Of a DNA stretch of 64,000 nucleotides, positions 1 to 8,929 are shown in pieces. The translations under genes and the position numbers were made by a program. This DNA comes from Polyangia bacterium. GTDB taxonomy: Bacteria > Myxococcota_A > Polyangia > JAAYKL01. How positions within the stretch are numbered: the stretch's first letter is position 1; every line of letters starts with the position of its first letter. The DNA lies in contig JBNKCR010000017.1 of the NCBI GenBank assembly GCA_050287845.1, positions 1-64,000 of the forward strand. The letters are read 5' to 3'. The notes under the pieces are model-generated. The model did no database searches and had not been told where the DNA came from. It was given only the letters and a program-made list of their open reading frames with translations.

Positions 1-120
1 AATTGCCAACATGGCATTTGCTGCGCCGGACCGGCAAGGCGCGAGGAGCGGAACATACCGGGGTATGCGACCGACGAGCAACGAAGTCGGGCGGGATGCA
101 GCGGAGGCAAGGTGGCAATT
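1..120. mobile_element. MITE/REP-like palindromic element, probably truncated by the window start
   Basis: Inverted AATTGCCA (1-8)/TGGCAATT (113-120) and inner hairpin CATACC..GGTATG (54-67). Core motifs GCAAGGCGCG (34-43) and GCAACGAAGTC (78-88) resemble those of the element at 2162-2319. Confidence 0.55.
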
Positions 121-380
121 TTATAATGATCACTGTCCTTAGCTGTATATTATTTTACGGAGCTGACATTAAATGATTTTCAGAAGACCCTTGAAATTTT
201 TGGTTTCAACTCCCTGATGCTGCACCTGGATATTTCCAAATCTCCAGATCCATGCATTTCTCTTCACGGCTGTCCGACGCTGCACCCAGCATGCGGTCGA
301 TTCAGGAAACCCGCATAATTTTCTCCATACTCTTTTTTCGAATCCTGAACATGGATTGACGCCGGTACATCCACCGGGCC

Positions 381-408
381 TTGACACTCCCGGCCGAGGT
401 GGTATTTT
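381..408 (+). promoter_or_regulatory. putative sigma-70 promoter for the sulfatase-like gene
   Basis: TTGACA-N16-TATTTT with an extended -10 TG, about 105 bp upstream of the ATG at 515. Confidence 0.35.
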
Positions 409-514
409 GCGGCTATATTTAATTACTACACTAAATATATGTATAAATAATATTACAAGACGAATAAATATCTCTGTCACGTTATCCGATTTTGCGTCGG
501 GTCAGGAGCCAAAA

Positions 515-2161
515 ATGACCAGACAAACCGCCACTCCCTTAAAAATACTCCAGCCCGTCCTTACCACCATGCTCTATATCGTCCTTGCGGCTGTTGCGAC
601 GGCCAGTTGTGGAAAAGCCTCGTCCGGGAAAAATCACAGCTCGGGCGCAAGGAACAATGTATCCGACAATATACCACCAAACCCCTCCGCTTCTGTGGCC
701 GGAAAAAAAATGACCGATGAGACGCCGAGAGTATCTATAGCCACATCTTCACTTTTCAGGAATTTAAAGCAGACCCCGGTGAATTATCCGGTATCCATTT
801 CGCCTTTGAAAAACGGAAATGTGGTGCTCCTCATTTCCGATGCACTCAATGCCGGGCACCTGAGCGCCTATGGTTATCATCGGGAAACTTCGCCTTATAT
901 GGCATCCTTTGCCAAAACTGGTCTCACCCTCACCAACCATGTCTCCAATTCCTCCTGGACTCGGCCCAGTTTCACCACCATTGTGACCGGCGTGCCCAAA
1001 AGTGTTCACCATGTGGAAGCGGCTGGGGGATGGCGGTTGGCGCCGGAAATCGTCACCCTGGCGGAGCGGTTTCAGAAAGCCGGATATCAGACGGCCGGAT
1101 TCACCGGAAATCCACTGGTTCGCAAATCATGGGGATTTGATCAGGGATTTCAGAAGTATGAAGGCCCCACTACCCGGGGACTGAAAGCATTTCCCCGGGA
1201 TTCCATCTGGGTAGACGCAGCCATGAAATGGCTTGATGAAATCCAGAAAGACAAGCCGTTTTTTCTGATGTTGTTTCTGACATCCGCTCATCCGCCATAC
1301 CGACCTCCGATGGAACCCAGAACATTCCTGTCTCAGGTCCCCCCGGGAGAAATCATCGAGCACCCCTTCAGAGAATACAAAACGCCACTTTCCACTGAAG
1401 ACGATCAGCGAATAGAGGCGGCGTATGACGACGAAATCGCTTACATGGACTCACAGATCAAACGACTCATGGCGCATCTTCAGGAGCAGGGCAGGTGGCA
1501 GAAAACCGTGGTGACCCTGACTGCGGATCACGGAGAGATGATGGGGGAACACGACTGTTACCTGCACGCCTATCACATGTGGGAACAGAATACCCGGGTG
1601 CCGTTCATGATTGCCGCCCCCAATCTACCCCTGGAAAATGCCATGGACGATCGGCCCTACACCCATATTGACATTGCGCCCACCCTGTTGGATATGGTGG
1701 GCATTGCCTACGATGACACGGTACTGACCGGACGATCGCTGGTGAAAACCCTTTCCAATCCCGACAAATTTAAGACCCGTTACCGATATACCCAGGTGGA
1801 TGCCCACGGGGTTCGACGGCAGACCATCCGCCACGGAGACTGGAAGCTGGTGCATCACGACCAGGTACCCGATTACACTGAAAAGCATCTTGACGATCTG
1901 CATACTCATGTGAAAATGCCCAATCCACGGGATCTGCCGTCTCTTGCATGGGATGGCGAACGGTGGGAGCTGTTCAATCTTGCTAAGGACCCCTTTGAAA
2001 ATCAGAATCGTTACGAAGACAACAAATCCGACGGGACGGTGACGGAGTTGAAAGACGCCATGTTGAAGCTGCGCTCCCGGAAAACCAGCGGAAATCAGAA
2101 CGCCGCAAAAATGGCGCCGGAGTTATTGGAGGCGCTGAAAAACGCCGGGTATATCCGCTAA
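515..2161 (+). CDS. sulfatase-like (alkaline phosphatase superfamily) lipoprotein with a Thr-type active-site motif
   Basis: AGGAG RBS before ATG 515; lipobox-like ATASC; motifs LLISDAL, SSWTRPS..TG, HPPY, YDDEI, ADHGE and C-terminal LKNAGYI. Confidence 0.85.
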   Translation: MTRQTATPLKILQPVLTTMLYIVLAAVATASCGKASSGKNHSSGARNNVSDNIPPNPSASVAGKKMTDETPRVSIATSSLFRNLKQTPVNYPVSISPLKNGNVVLLISDALNAGHLSAYGYHRETSPYMASFAKTGLTLTNHVSNSSWTRPSFTTIVTGVPKSVHHVEAAGGWRLAPEIVTLAERFQKAGYQTAGFTGNPLVRKSWGFDQGFQKYEGPTTRGLKAFPRDSIWVDAAMKWLDEIQKDKPFFLMLFLTSAHPPYRPPMEPRTFLSQVPPGEIIEHPFREYKTPLSTEDDQRIEAAYDDEIAYMDSQIKRLMAHLQEQGRWQKTVVTLTADHGEMMGEHDCYLHAYHMWEQNTRVPFMIAAPNLPLENAMDDRPYTHIDIAPTLLDMVGIAYDDTVLTGRSLVKTLSNPDKFKTRYRYTQVDAHGVRRQTIRHGDWKLVHHDQVPDYTEKHLDDLHTHVKMPNPRDLPSLAWDGERWELFNLAKDPFENQNRYEDNKSDGTVTELKDAMLKLRSRKTSGNQNAAKMAPELLEALKNAGYIR

Positions 2162-2319
2162 GTACAGCGCCCCGTAAGTTGGGGACCAAATCACGCAGGG
2201 CCAGGCGCTGAGGGCAAGACGCGCTGACGAAGGACTGGCAGCGCCAATTCAAGGAGGCGCAACGCAGTCATCGGTGATTGGAGCAAGTGAGATGGTCCCT
2301 AACTCATGGGAAGCTGTAC
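2162..2319. mobile_element. 158-bp MITE-like element
   Basis: 27-bp imperfect terminal inverted repeats (22/27 match; GTACAGC...GCTGTAC) flanked by TAA direct repeats at 2159-2161 and 2320-2322. Confidence 0.7.
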
Positions 2320-2354
2320 TAAGTCTGTCTGAATTTCATTGCGTAGTTGATGAT

Positions 2355-4718
2355 TTACTGAAGAATTGCCGGAGAGGGATTGCCGGATTCAATCTGGGGA
2401 CAGCGGGGTTTGTTGATGGGCTGGGCCGGGCAATTCAACCCCTGGTAAAACGACAGGTCGTGGGCCGGCTGGGCATACCCACTGGGAATGCCCTGATTGG
2501 AGAATGTCGCAAAGTACGTCAGACACGCATCCCGCCACCACCGCGCTTCGTAGTGCTGAATCTGAAGAAACTCCGCTACTTCGCTGAATCTCCTTCCATC
2601 CACGCGTCCTTCCACAGAGGCCCATTTATCCTTCATCTCCTGCACCTGATCGACACCCAGACTGTAGCGATGTACCATCTCTTCCCAGAGCGTTCGGCCT
2701 GAACTCATGGTTCTGTTCCAGCTGACATGATGGAAGAACAGAAGAAATTCCTCGGGAATACTGTCCGGGCTTCCAAAGACGCTTCTCACCTGGCTGGCGT
2801 ACTGTTCAATGGCGTTGCTGCCACTGGCTGTGCGATCGAAACCGATGCCCTGGCTGTCTGCATCGTGGTAATACACGGGGTTCCAATCTGCCCGGCTCAA
2901 ATTGTTCACCCAGGGCCCGGGACCATAGTGATGATCTGTAGCCATAATATGCGCCAGTCCCAGAGGGGTCATGTAGTTCACCAGCGCTTCCCGGGATGTC
3001 ATCATCATTTCCACAACGGGCGCCACCACCAGCGGATCGTTGGAGAACGTCTGGCGCGCCCACTCATCTGCAATGGCTTCGGCGGAAAGATTGGGGTCCC
3101 ATGCCATCCGGCCATACACATACCAGTTGGCCTGATTAAAGTGGGAACCGGTCCAGTTGGTATCGGTGCCCACATTGGACACCCCGGAAATCGCCGTCAC
3201 TGAATAATCGAATACATCGCCTTCGATAACCTTCGCCACCGTGGATCCCTCGCCTGTGGCATACGTGTCGCTCTGTAGCACCTCCTCATAGAGTGGACCC
3301 AGATATGCCAGGTGCGTGTTCTGACCGAGATACTCCTTGGTAATCTGGAACTCCATCGCAATGGGGGTCTGGGGCATTCCGCCAAACAGAGACGCGAACG
3401 GCTCTCTGGGCTGGAAATCCAGGGGACCATTTTTGGACTGAACCAACACATTGTCCCGGAACTTGCCATCCAGCGGCTTGAACTCATCATAGGCCTGACG
3501 AATCCGATCGGATCCATCAGCCTCATACACAAATGCCCGCCACAGAACGATGCCCCCATGGGGTCCCACTGCGTCTGCCAGCATATTGGCCCCATCCGCG
3601 TGGGTCCGACCGTATTGCTGGGGACCGGGCTGCCCTTCGGAATTGGCTTTCACCAGGAACCCGCCGAAATCTGGAATCCGCTGATAAATGGCGCTGGCTT
3701 TATCTTTCCACCATTGCTGAACACTGCTATTGCCGGGGTCTGCGGTACTCATCCCACCGATTTCGATGGGCGCGCTGAACCTCGCAGTGAGATACACAGC
3801 AATTCCGTAAGGCCGGAACACATCCGCCAGCGCTTTCACTTTATCGAGATACGAATCTTTCAACACGTCCGCATTGGCATTCACGTTGGTCAACACAGTT
3901 CCGTTAATGCCAATGGAGGCATTGGCCCTGGCATACTCTTTATACCGGGGAGATAACGTTCCCGGCAGGGCGTTCCAGTTCCACAGGGAGTCCCCCGCAT
4001 ATCCGCGCTCCACCGAGCCATTCAGATTGTCCCAATGGTTCAGAATTCGATGCTGCATTCCGGGCGCGCTGGCAAGGGACAATTCACTGAGCCTTTTATG
4101 TTGCTGCAAATGTCTGAGCAATGCGAAGCTGCCATACAGCACACCTATTTCGGTATTGGCGGCCACCACGGTCACCCGTTCGCCGTCCACTTCGGTCTGC
4201 TCCACCAGATATCCCTCGTCTCCGAGTGCCGACAATCTGGAATCCAGAGAAAGCCCCGCCACAATACTGGACGAATCGGGGGTACCAATCACCACCGCTC
4301 CCGTTCCCTGAATGTCACCGTTCACTGCGATACTCTGACCCGTTACACCACCCAACCCCATCACCAGTTCTTCCTCTGCAGCTTTAATAGTATCTGAGTC
4401 GTCAGCGTTGACCACGTGGGAGAACGCCGCCTGATACTCTCCGAGCCGACCCGGGATAGGCAGTTCCGGGTAACGCAACCAGAGTTTTGACCCGTCCTCA
4501 TCGGGGCCGGACGCCTCCGGATACTCTTCTTCTCCCACCTCAGTGTCGGTATCGCTGTCCGCATCGCTGTCGCTGTCACTGTCGCCATCCGTATCGCTAT
4601 CCGCATCACTCTCGGATCCGCTGTCCGGGTTATCGCTTCCCCCCGAATCGGAACATCCGACGACCAGAAGCAACATCACGATATACAGCCCAAATACCGT
4701 TATTTTACACAACTTCAT
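2355..4718 (-). CDS. aguA: GH67 alpha-glucuronidase lipoprotein with N-terminal Asp-Ser/Thr linker
   Basis: Lipobox VVGC; motifs LWLRY, NHWDNLNGSVERGYAG, FGGFLVKANSEGQPGP, KNGPLDFQPREP, EFQITKEYLGQ, WWRDAC. Confidence 0.93.
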   Translation of the reverse strand: MKLCKITVFGLYIVMLLLVVGCSDSGGSDNPDSGSESDADSDTDGDSDSDSDADSDTDTEVGEEEYPEASGPDEDGSKLWLRYPELPIPGRLGEYQAAFSHVVNADDSDTIKAAEEELVMGLGGVTGQSIAVNGDIQGTGAVVIGTPDSSSIVAGLSLDSRLSALGDEGYLVEQTEVDGERVTVVAANTEIGVLYGSFALLRHLQQHKRLSELSLASAPGMQHRILNHWDNLNGSVERGYAGDSLWNWNALPGTLSPRYKEYARANASIGINGTVLTNVNANADVLKDSYLDKVKALADVFRPYGIAVYLTARFSAPIEIGGMSTADPGNSSVQQWWKDKASAIYQRIPDFGGFLVKANSEGQPGPQQYGRTHADGANMLADAVGPHGGIVLWRAFVYEADGSDRIRQAYDEFKPLDGKFRDNVLVQSKNGPLDFQPREPFASLFGGMPQTPIAMEFQITKEYLGQNTHLAYLGPLYEEVLQSDTYATGEGSTVAKVIEGDVFDYSVTAISGVSNVGTDTNWTGSHFNQANWYVYGRMAWDPNLSAEAIADEWARQTFSNDPLVVAPVVEMMMTSREALVNYMTPLGLAHIMATDHHYGPGPWVNNLSRADWNPVYYHDADSQGIGFDRTASGSNAIEQYASQVRSVFGSPDSIPEEFLLFFHHVSWNRTMSSGRTLWEEMVHRYSLGVDQVQEMKDKWASVEGRVDGRRFSEVAEFLQIQHYEARWWRDACLTYFATFSNQGIPSGYAQPAHDLSFYQGLNCPAQPINKPRCPQIESGNPSPAILQ

Positions 4719-4838
4719 TACAGAATAACTCCTATGTGGTTCCCACCCGGGTTGATATGTTACGATACCATGTTCAAACCTGATGAAAATCTATTGTATT
4801 GGAAGCAAAACGAAACAGCGCGTCAGAAGAAGAAGCTG

Positions 4839-6200
4839 TCAGTTCATACCGCTGACAGAGGTGATATCGGAAGGACATGCAATCTTCTGCCATTTCATGG
4901 ACGGGTTGTTGGAGCCACGGAACCAGTTGGTGAACCAGAGACAACCATCCAGCAAATCCTCTCGGCCGGATGAACCGAAGAGACCCTTGCATTTGTTCGC
5001 AGTGCATTCCAGAATCTGGGCCAGATTTCCCCCCTGTTCTTCACAGACCTTGAGGAATCCACCATACGTGTCTCCAAGTTCACTGGCGCTGACTCCAAAC
5101 TGGTTGGAACAGCCATCGTACAGCCCCAGACCACCGCCCGGAATCATAATGTCAAATGAATCCGCGTTCACGTCCGAACCGATATTGGTGATCTGCACCA
5201 CCATGGTTTTCCCGTCCAGCACACCACCGAATTCCATCTGAATACATTCACCGCATGACAGATTCCCTGCGCCAGTCTGCATCGCCGCAAAACCGTACGC
5301 CAGTTTACTGTTCACCGCCCAGGGCGACTGATTCCAGCAGGTAAACACATCTCCACCGTTGCAGGAGCTCTGACCGTCCCAGGAATTGGAATGAACATTG
5401 TTATTTCGATCACAGGCTGTCACGGGATTCTTCCCACCGGTATTCTGTGGCCAGGCACAGGACGGCTTGCAGCAATCCCAATATCTGGTCGTTCTTCCTG
5501 AAATGCCCCCATTGCCAATTTCAGAAAGGCCGGTGGAGTCGTTGGGGTCTATCGGATCCCAGGGACCTTCAATAGGATTCGTATCGACTTCCTCGGGCTC
5601 GGTATCGTAGCCATCCCCCCAATCCGCACAGTCACCGTTGTTGTAATCCTCTGCGCACGAATTTTTGCATCCGTAGCAGTACACACAATCCAACACGCGC
5701 TGATATTTCTTCTTCACTTCGTCCGATGCACCACAGCCGAGATAACACAACATAAAATCGATACTGTCCTCATTGTCCGCACGGCAGGCTTCGTAGCAGG
5801 TTTCGTAGGCCGCACATGCGGAATCGCTGCGACATTCATCGGACCGATCCTTGCAGGCATCGAGTTTGGTACACTCCGCGCAACCGTCCTCGCCGTAGCA
5901 CTCATCCCGCTTGTTGCAATTCGATGGAACATCGCTGTCACTGTCGCTATCAGTATCGGTGTCTGTATCGGAATCCGTGTCAGAGTCGGTATCGGTATCC
6001 GTGTCAGTATCCGTGTCGGTATCCGCGTCACTGTCCGAATCCGTGTCACTGTCCGAATCGGTATCGGATGTGTTATTGGATGTATCGGTGGCGCTGTCAA
6101 TTCGATTCAATTCGCTGCCACAGGATGCGACAGCACCCGCAACCAGAACTGCCAGCATGGCAAAGAAGACACTTTTTAATGAAGAGTTGAAATAAAACAT
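4839..6200 (-). CDS. GH45 endoglucanase lipoprotein with D-T/D-S repeat linker and Cys-rich module
   Basis: GH45 signature TTRYWDCCKPSC, plus YGFAA and FDIMIPGGGLG; lipobox VASC; start taken at ATG 6200 after a GAGGA RBS. Confidence 0.9.
   Translation of the reverse strand: MFYFNSSLKSVFFAMLAVLVAGAVASCGSELNRIDSATDTSNNTSDTDSDSDTDSDSDADTDTDTDTDTDTDSDTDSDTDTDTDSDSDSDVPSNCNKRDECYGEDGCAECTKLDACKDRSDECRSDSACAAYETCYEACRADNEDSIDFMLCYLGCGASDEVKKKYQRVLDCVYCYGCKNSCAEDYNNGDCADWGDGYDTEPEEVDTNPIEGPWDPIDPNDSTGLSEIGNGGISGRTTRYWDCCKPSCAWPQNTGGKNPVTACDRNNNVHSNSWDGQSSCNGGDVFTCWNQSPWAVNSKLAYGFAAMQTGAGNLSCGECIQMEFGGVLDGKTMVVQITNIGSDVNADSFDIMIPGGGLGLYDGCSNQFGVSASELGDTYGGFLKVCEEQGGNLAQILECTANKCKGLFGSSGREDLLDGCLWFTNWFRGSNNPSMKWQKIACPSDITSVSGMN
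5933..6069 (-). repeat. degenerate 6-bp tandem coding repeat encoding (D-T/S/A)n
   Basis: Encodes SDTDSDSDTDSDSDADTDTDTD...; a similar tract lies at about 4543-4630 in the GH67 gene. Confidence 0.8.
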
Positions 6201-6446
6201 AAAATCCTCAATTATTTTGTAAGTCGTAATGGCTCCACGAGCTGTTCTACCTGATCTATCATATAAGAGTAAAAAATATTCGTCCACAGCGCTTTTGGCC
6301 GGAGGTCTGCTTTCAGCGGTTTTCTTAAAAAAAATCAACAAAAAAAGTACAGTTCATACATGAACACTGAACGCATATTCCATGACGGTTATGCGCTCAC
6401 GGCAATATTCCAATCAGCGACGATCATTTTCCGTATCAAACTACGA

Positions 6447-7643
6447 TTATTCCGGTCCATTTTCAACCGACGCGGGGAGGGACACAGTGAATACGCTTCC
6501 CTGATTCACCTTGGACGCAACGCTGATTTCGCCGAAATGTTCCTGATGAATAATATAATAGCAGCTTGCCAATCCCAATCCGGTGCCCAGGTTGCCACTC
6601 TGAGTGGTGAAATAGGGCTCAAAAATTTTGTTGATGATGTTCGGCTCAATCCCAATTCCATTGTCCTTGATGGAAATGTCCACCATGCGCTGATTTTCCC
6701 GGGCGCGAATCACAATCTCACCGCCCCTCCCGTCTTCCATCTTCCGACAAATGGCTTCCACCGCATTGCGAATGATGGCAAACAGCGCCTGGACAATTTT
6801 CCAGGCCTGGCACACCACACCGGGCAACCCATCCGGGACAATCGTCCGCATATTGATATGCTGCAGCTGCATGGCGGTATTCTGAAAATAGTCCTTCCGG
6901 GCCAGCAGAATCGCCTGGCTCAGCAGTTTCCCCACATCCTGAAGCAAATATCGGTGGCTCTGATCGCTGGGCGCAAATGCCATCATCTGATGCACAATCT
7001 GTCCCGCGCGGATGTGGTGATTGAGGGCGGCGTCGAACATGACGGGAATTCCCTGCGTCTCCATAAACGATTCAATGCATTCCAGAGTGGTGCCGCTTCG
7101 CTGCGCGGCTTCCCGGTTCTTTTTGGTATTCATGAGCAATCGCTGCAATATCAGCTGCAGATTCTGTCCAATGGCCGCCAGGGGATTATTGATTTCATGG
7201 GCCATTCCCTGGGCCAACCGGCCCAGGGATGCCATTTTGTGGGTTTCGCTCACAATTTCATTCTCATACAGCTGAACTCCGGGCAAATTGATATATAGCA
7301 GCGCCCACTCGTCAACGTGATTCACCGTCATCTCACATTGCACCTGGTTTCCCTCCCGGTTGCGCACCTCCACCAGCAACGGACGCACCATGGCATCTGA
7401 ACGCACGCCACTGTACTCCCTGAGTTTTTCAATAAATTTGTCCCGGATATTGCTGTCGGAAATCAGTCGGGCGGCGAGTTCCTCCGTCGCAATATTCTGT
7501 TGCGTGTAATCACCGAAAATTCGGATGGCCATCTGATTGCCCCAAACCAGATGCCCCTGTTTGAAAATCGCAGTAGCCATGGGGCTTGAATCCAACAGAA
7601 GCGCCAGTTGGGACAAAGTAATCTTTGCTGATATCGCCGTCAT
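6447..7643 (-). CDS. cytoplasmic PAS-HisKA-HATPase sensor histidine kinase (orphan)
   Basis: H-box AHEINNPL, N-box RNAVEA, G1 DNGIGI, F-box FEPYFTT, G2 GTGLGL; PAS-like N-terminus; no transmembrane segment. Confidence 0.9.
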   Translation of the reverse strand: MTAISAKITLSQLALLLDSSPMATAIFKQGHLVWGNQMAIRIFGDYTQQNIATEELAARLISDSNIRDKFIEKLREYSGVRSDAMVRPLLVEVRNREGNQVQCEMTVNHVDEWALLYINLPGVQLYENEIVSETHKMASLGRLAQGMAHEINNPLAAIGQNLQLILQRLLMNTKKNREAAQRSGTTLECIESFMETQGIPVMFDAALNHHIRAGQIVHQMMAFAPSDQSHRYLLQDVGKLLSQAILLARKDYFQNTAMQLQHINMRTIVPDGLPGVVCQAWKIVQALFAIIRNAVEAICRKMEDGRGGEIVIRARENQRMVDISIKDNGIGIEPNIINKIFEPYFTTQSGNLGTGLGLASCYYIIHQEHFGEISVASKVNQGSVFTVSLPASVENGPE

Positions 7644-7770
7644 ATCAGTGGTAACGCCGAATGAGGCGAATACTTAACGGCTTCGCATACAAACAAAATC
7701 GGATGTTCCCGGCCTACGCCAGATTATCTGGACAGTGATAAAATCAGGAAGATAAGAGATTGCAGACAAT

Positions 7771-7992
7771 TCAGAACCACCAGATGTCGCGCTTACGGGG
7801 ATTGCCGAAGGACTCAAAGGAATCACCTGAATCCTTGAGTGCAGCATCCAGTTCCTCCATGGTAAAGTCGTACCCTTCCGCGTTGGCGGTGGAAACAAAT
7901 TCCTCTTTGCTCTCAATAAAGTCGTACTTCAGTCTCAGGGCTTTGTCTTCGCCTCCGGCAACAAACAGTCTTTCCGCTTCTTTTTTAGGCAT
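7771..7992 (-). CDS. Nif11-like small protein (73 aa)
   Basis: GGAGGAAAGG RBS; Nif11 pattern EEFVSTANAEGYDFTMEEL; tail GNPRKRDIWWF. Confidence 0.8.
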   Translation of the reverse strand: MPKKEAERLFVAGGEDKALRLKYDFIESKEEFVSTANAEGYDFTMEELDAALKDSGDSFESFGNPRKRDIWWF

Positions 7993-8126
7993 AACCTTTC
8001 CTCCGTGGGATTTTCAGTCACACAGCCATGTACCGGCGTTTTCAAACAACCGGTACATGACAGTGCCATGTCAGACCAGCACAGCATTTGATTGCGTTAC
8101 GTATGCGCCCGGTCATCGTGGTCCAA

Positions 8127-8142
8127 TGCACGGAGGATGCCA
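8127..8142 (-). promoter_or_regulatory. putative sigma-54 promoter for the Nif11-like gene
   Basis: TGGCATC-CTCC-GTGCA on the minus strand with correct -24 GG/-12 GC spacing. Confidence 0.55.
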
Positions 8143-8260
8143 GTTTTAATTCGAGAGGCGCCCCCCGACGTTTCCCATGTTTTACCGCAAAAAGGCGGTA
8201 CGCTCGACGGAGAAGAAAACAACATTTCGGAAACTTTCGGTCTTCAGTTGTACAAAATGG

Positions 8261-8929
8261 TTACTTCCGGAAATCAAACGAGAGGAAAAATCGAGTGACC
8301 GGCACGGTTCCGGAAAGCTCGACAATGGAATTCCGGTAAATCCCCAACAGACACCCGGCCACCTTCGAATCGTTGCGCGACATCAATTTGATTTTCGTAT
8401 CATCCGCGCCGGCTGTCAGCTTATTGAAAGCAATGCGATGCTTGTCGACTATCTTGAAATGCACCTGGTAATTGCGCGAATCTTTTTCTTTCTGATGCAC
8501 CCGTCCACAGGCGAACAGCTCATCGTAATATGGCGACACCAGCATATCCCGCAAATAAAAAGTCTGTTTCTGCAACGGCACGAGGGAGAGAAACACGGAA
8601 AAGCGCTGCTTCCTGTCGTGGCTCAGAATCCTTGTAAAAAAACTGTTCCTGGCAGCACCGATAGCCTTGCGGTGGCCACTGTCGCTGTCTTTCCCTATTG
8701 GCTGCACGGAAGGTGACCCGCTCATTTTCCGGGGCGCCAAAGGAACCCTTCCGGTGTCTCCCGAAGCGGAGCTATCATCGGTTTCCTTCTTTTCCGTCCC
8801 CCCCACGTCCTGACTGTTGCACCCCAATATGGTCAGCACCATCAGCAGCAACATATACACCACTGAAACATCATTGTATTTTCCATTGTACCTTGCCCGA
8901 TTACCAACGCAGTGCCTGCGAACTTTCAT
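8261..8929 (-). CDS. hypothetical lipoprotein
   Basis: ATGA overlap with the upstream cyclase stop codon; hydrophobic segment followed by ILGC lipobox. Confidence 0.6.
   Translation of the reverse strand: MKVRRHCVGNRARYNGKYNDVSVVYMLLLMVLTILGCNSQDVGGTEKKETDDSSASGDTGRVPLAPRKMSGSPSVQPIGKDSDSGHRKAIGAARNSFFTRILSHDRKQRFSVFLSLVPLQKQTFYLRDMLVSPYYDELFACGRVHQKEKDSRNYQVHFKIVDKHRIAFNKLTAGADDTKIKLMSRNDSKVAGCLLGIYRNSIVELSGTVPVTRFFLSFDFRK

Noticed and set aside
5933..6069. Possible CRISPR or phase-variable repeat
   Set aside because: Degenerate in-frame hexamers encoding Asp-X, with no repeat-spacer structure
6360..7298. 312-aa plus-strand ORF
   Set aside because: Antisense shadow of the histidine kinase with no recognisable motifs
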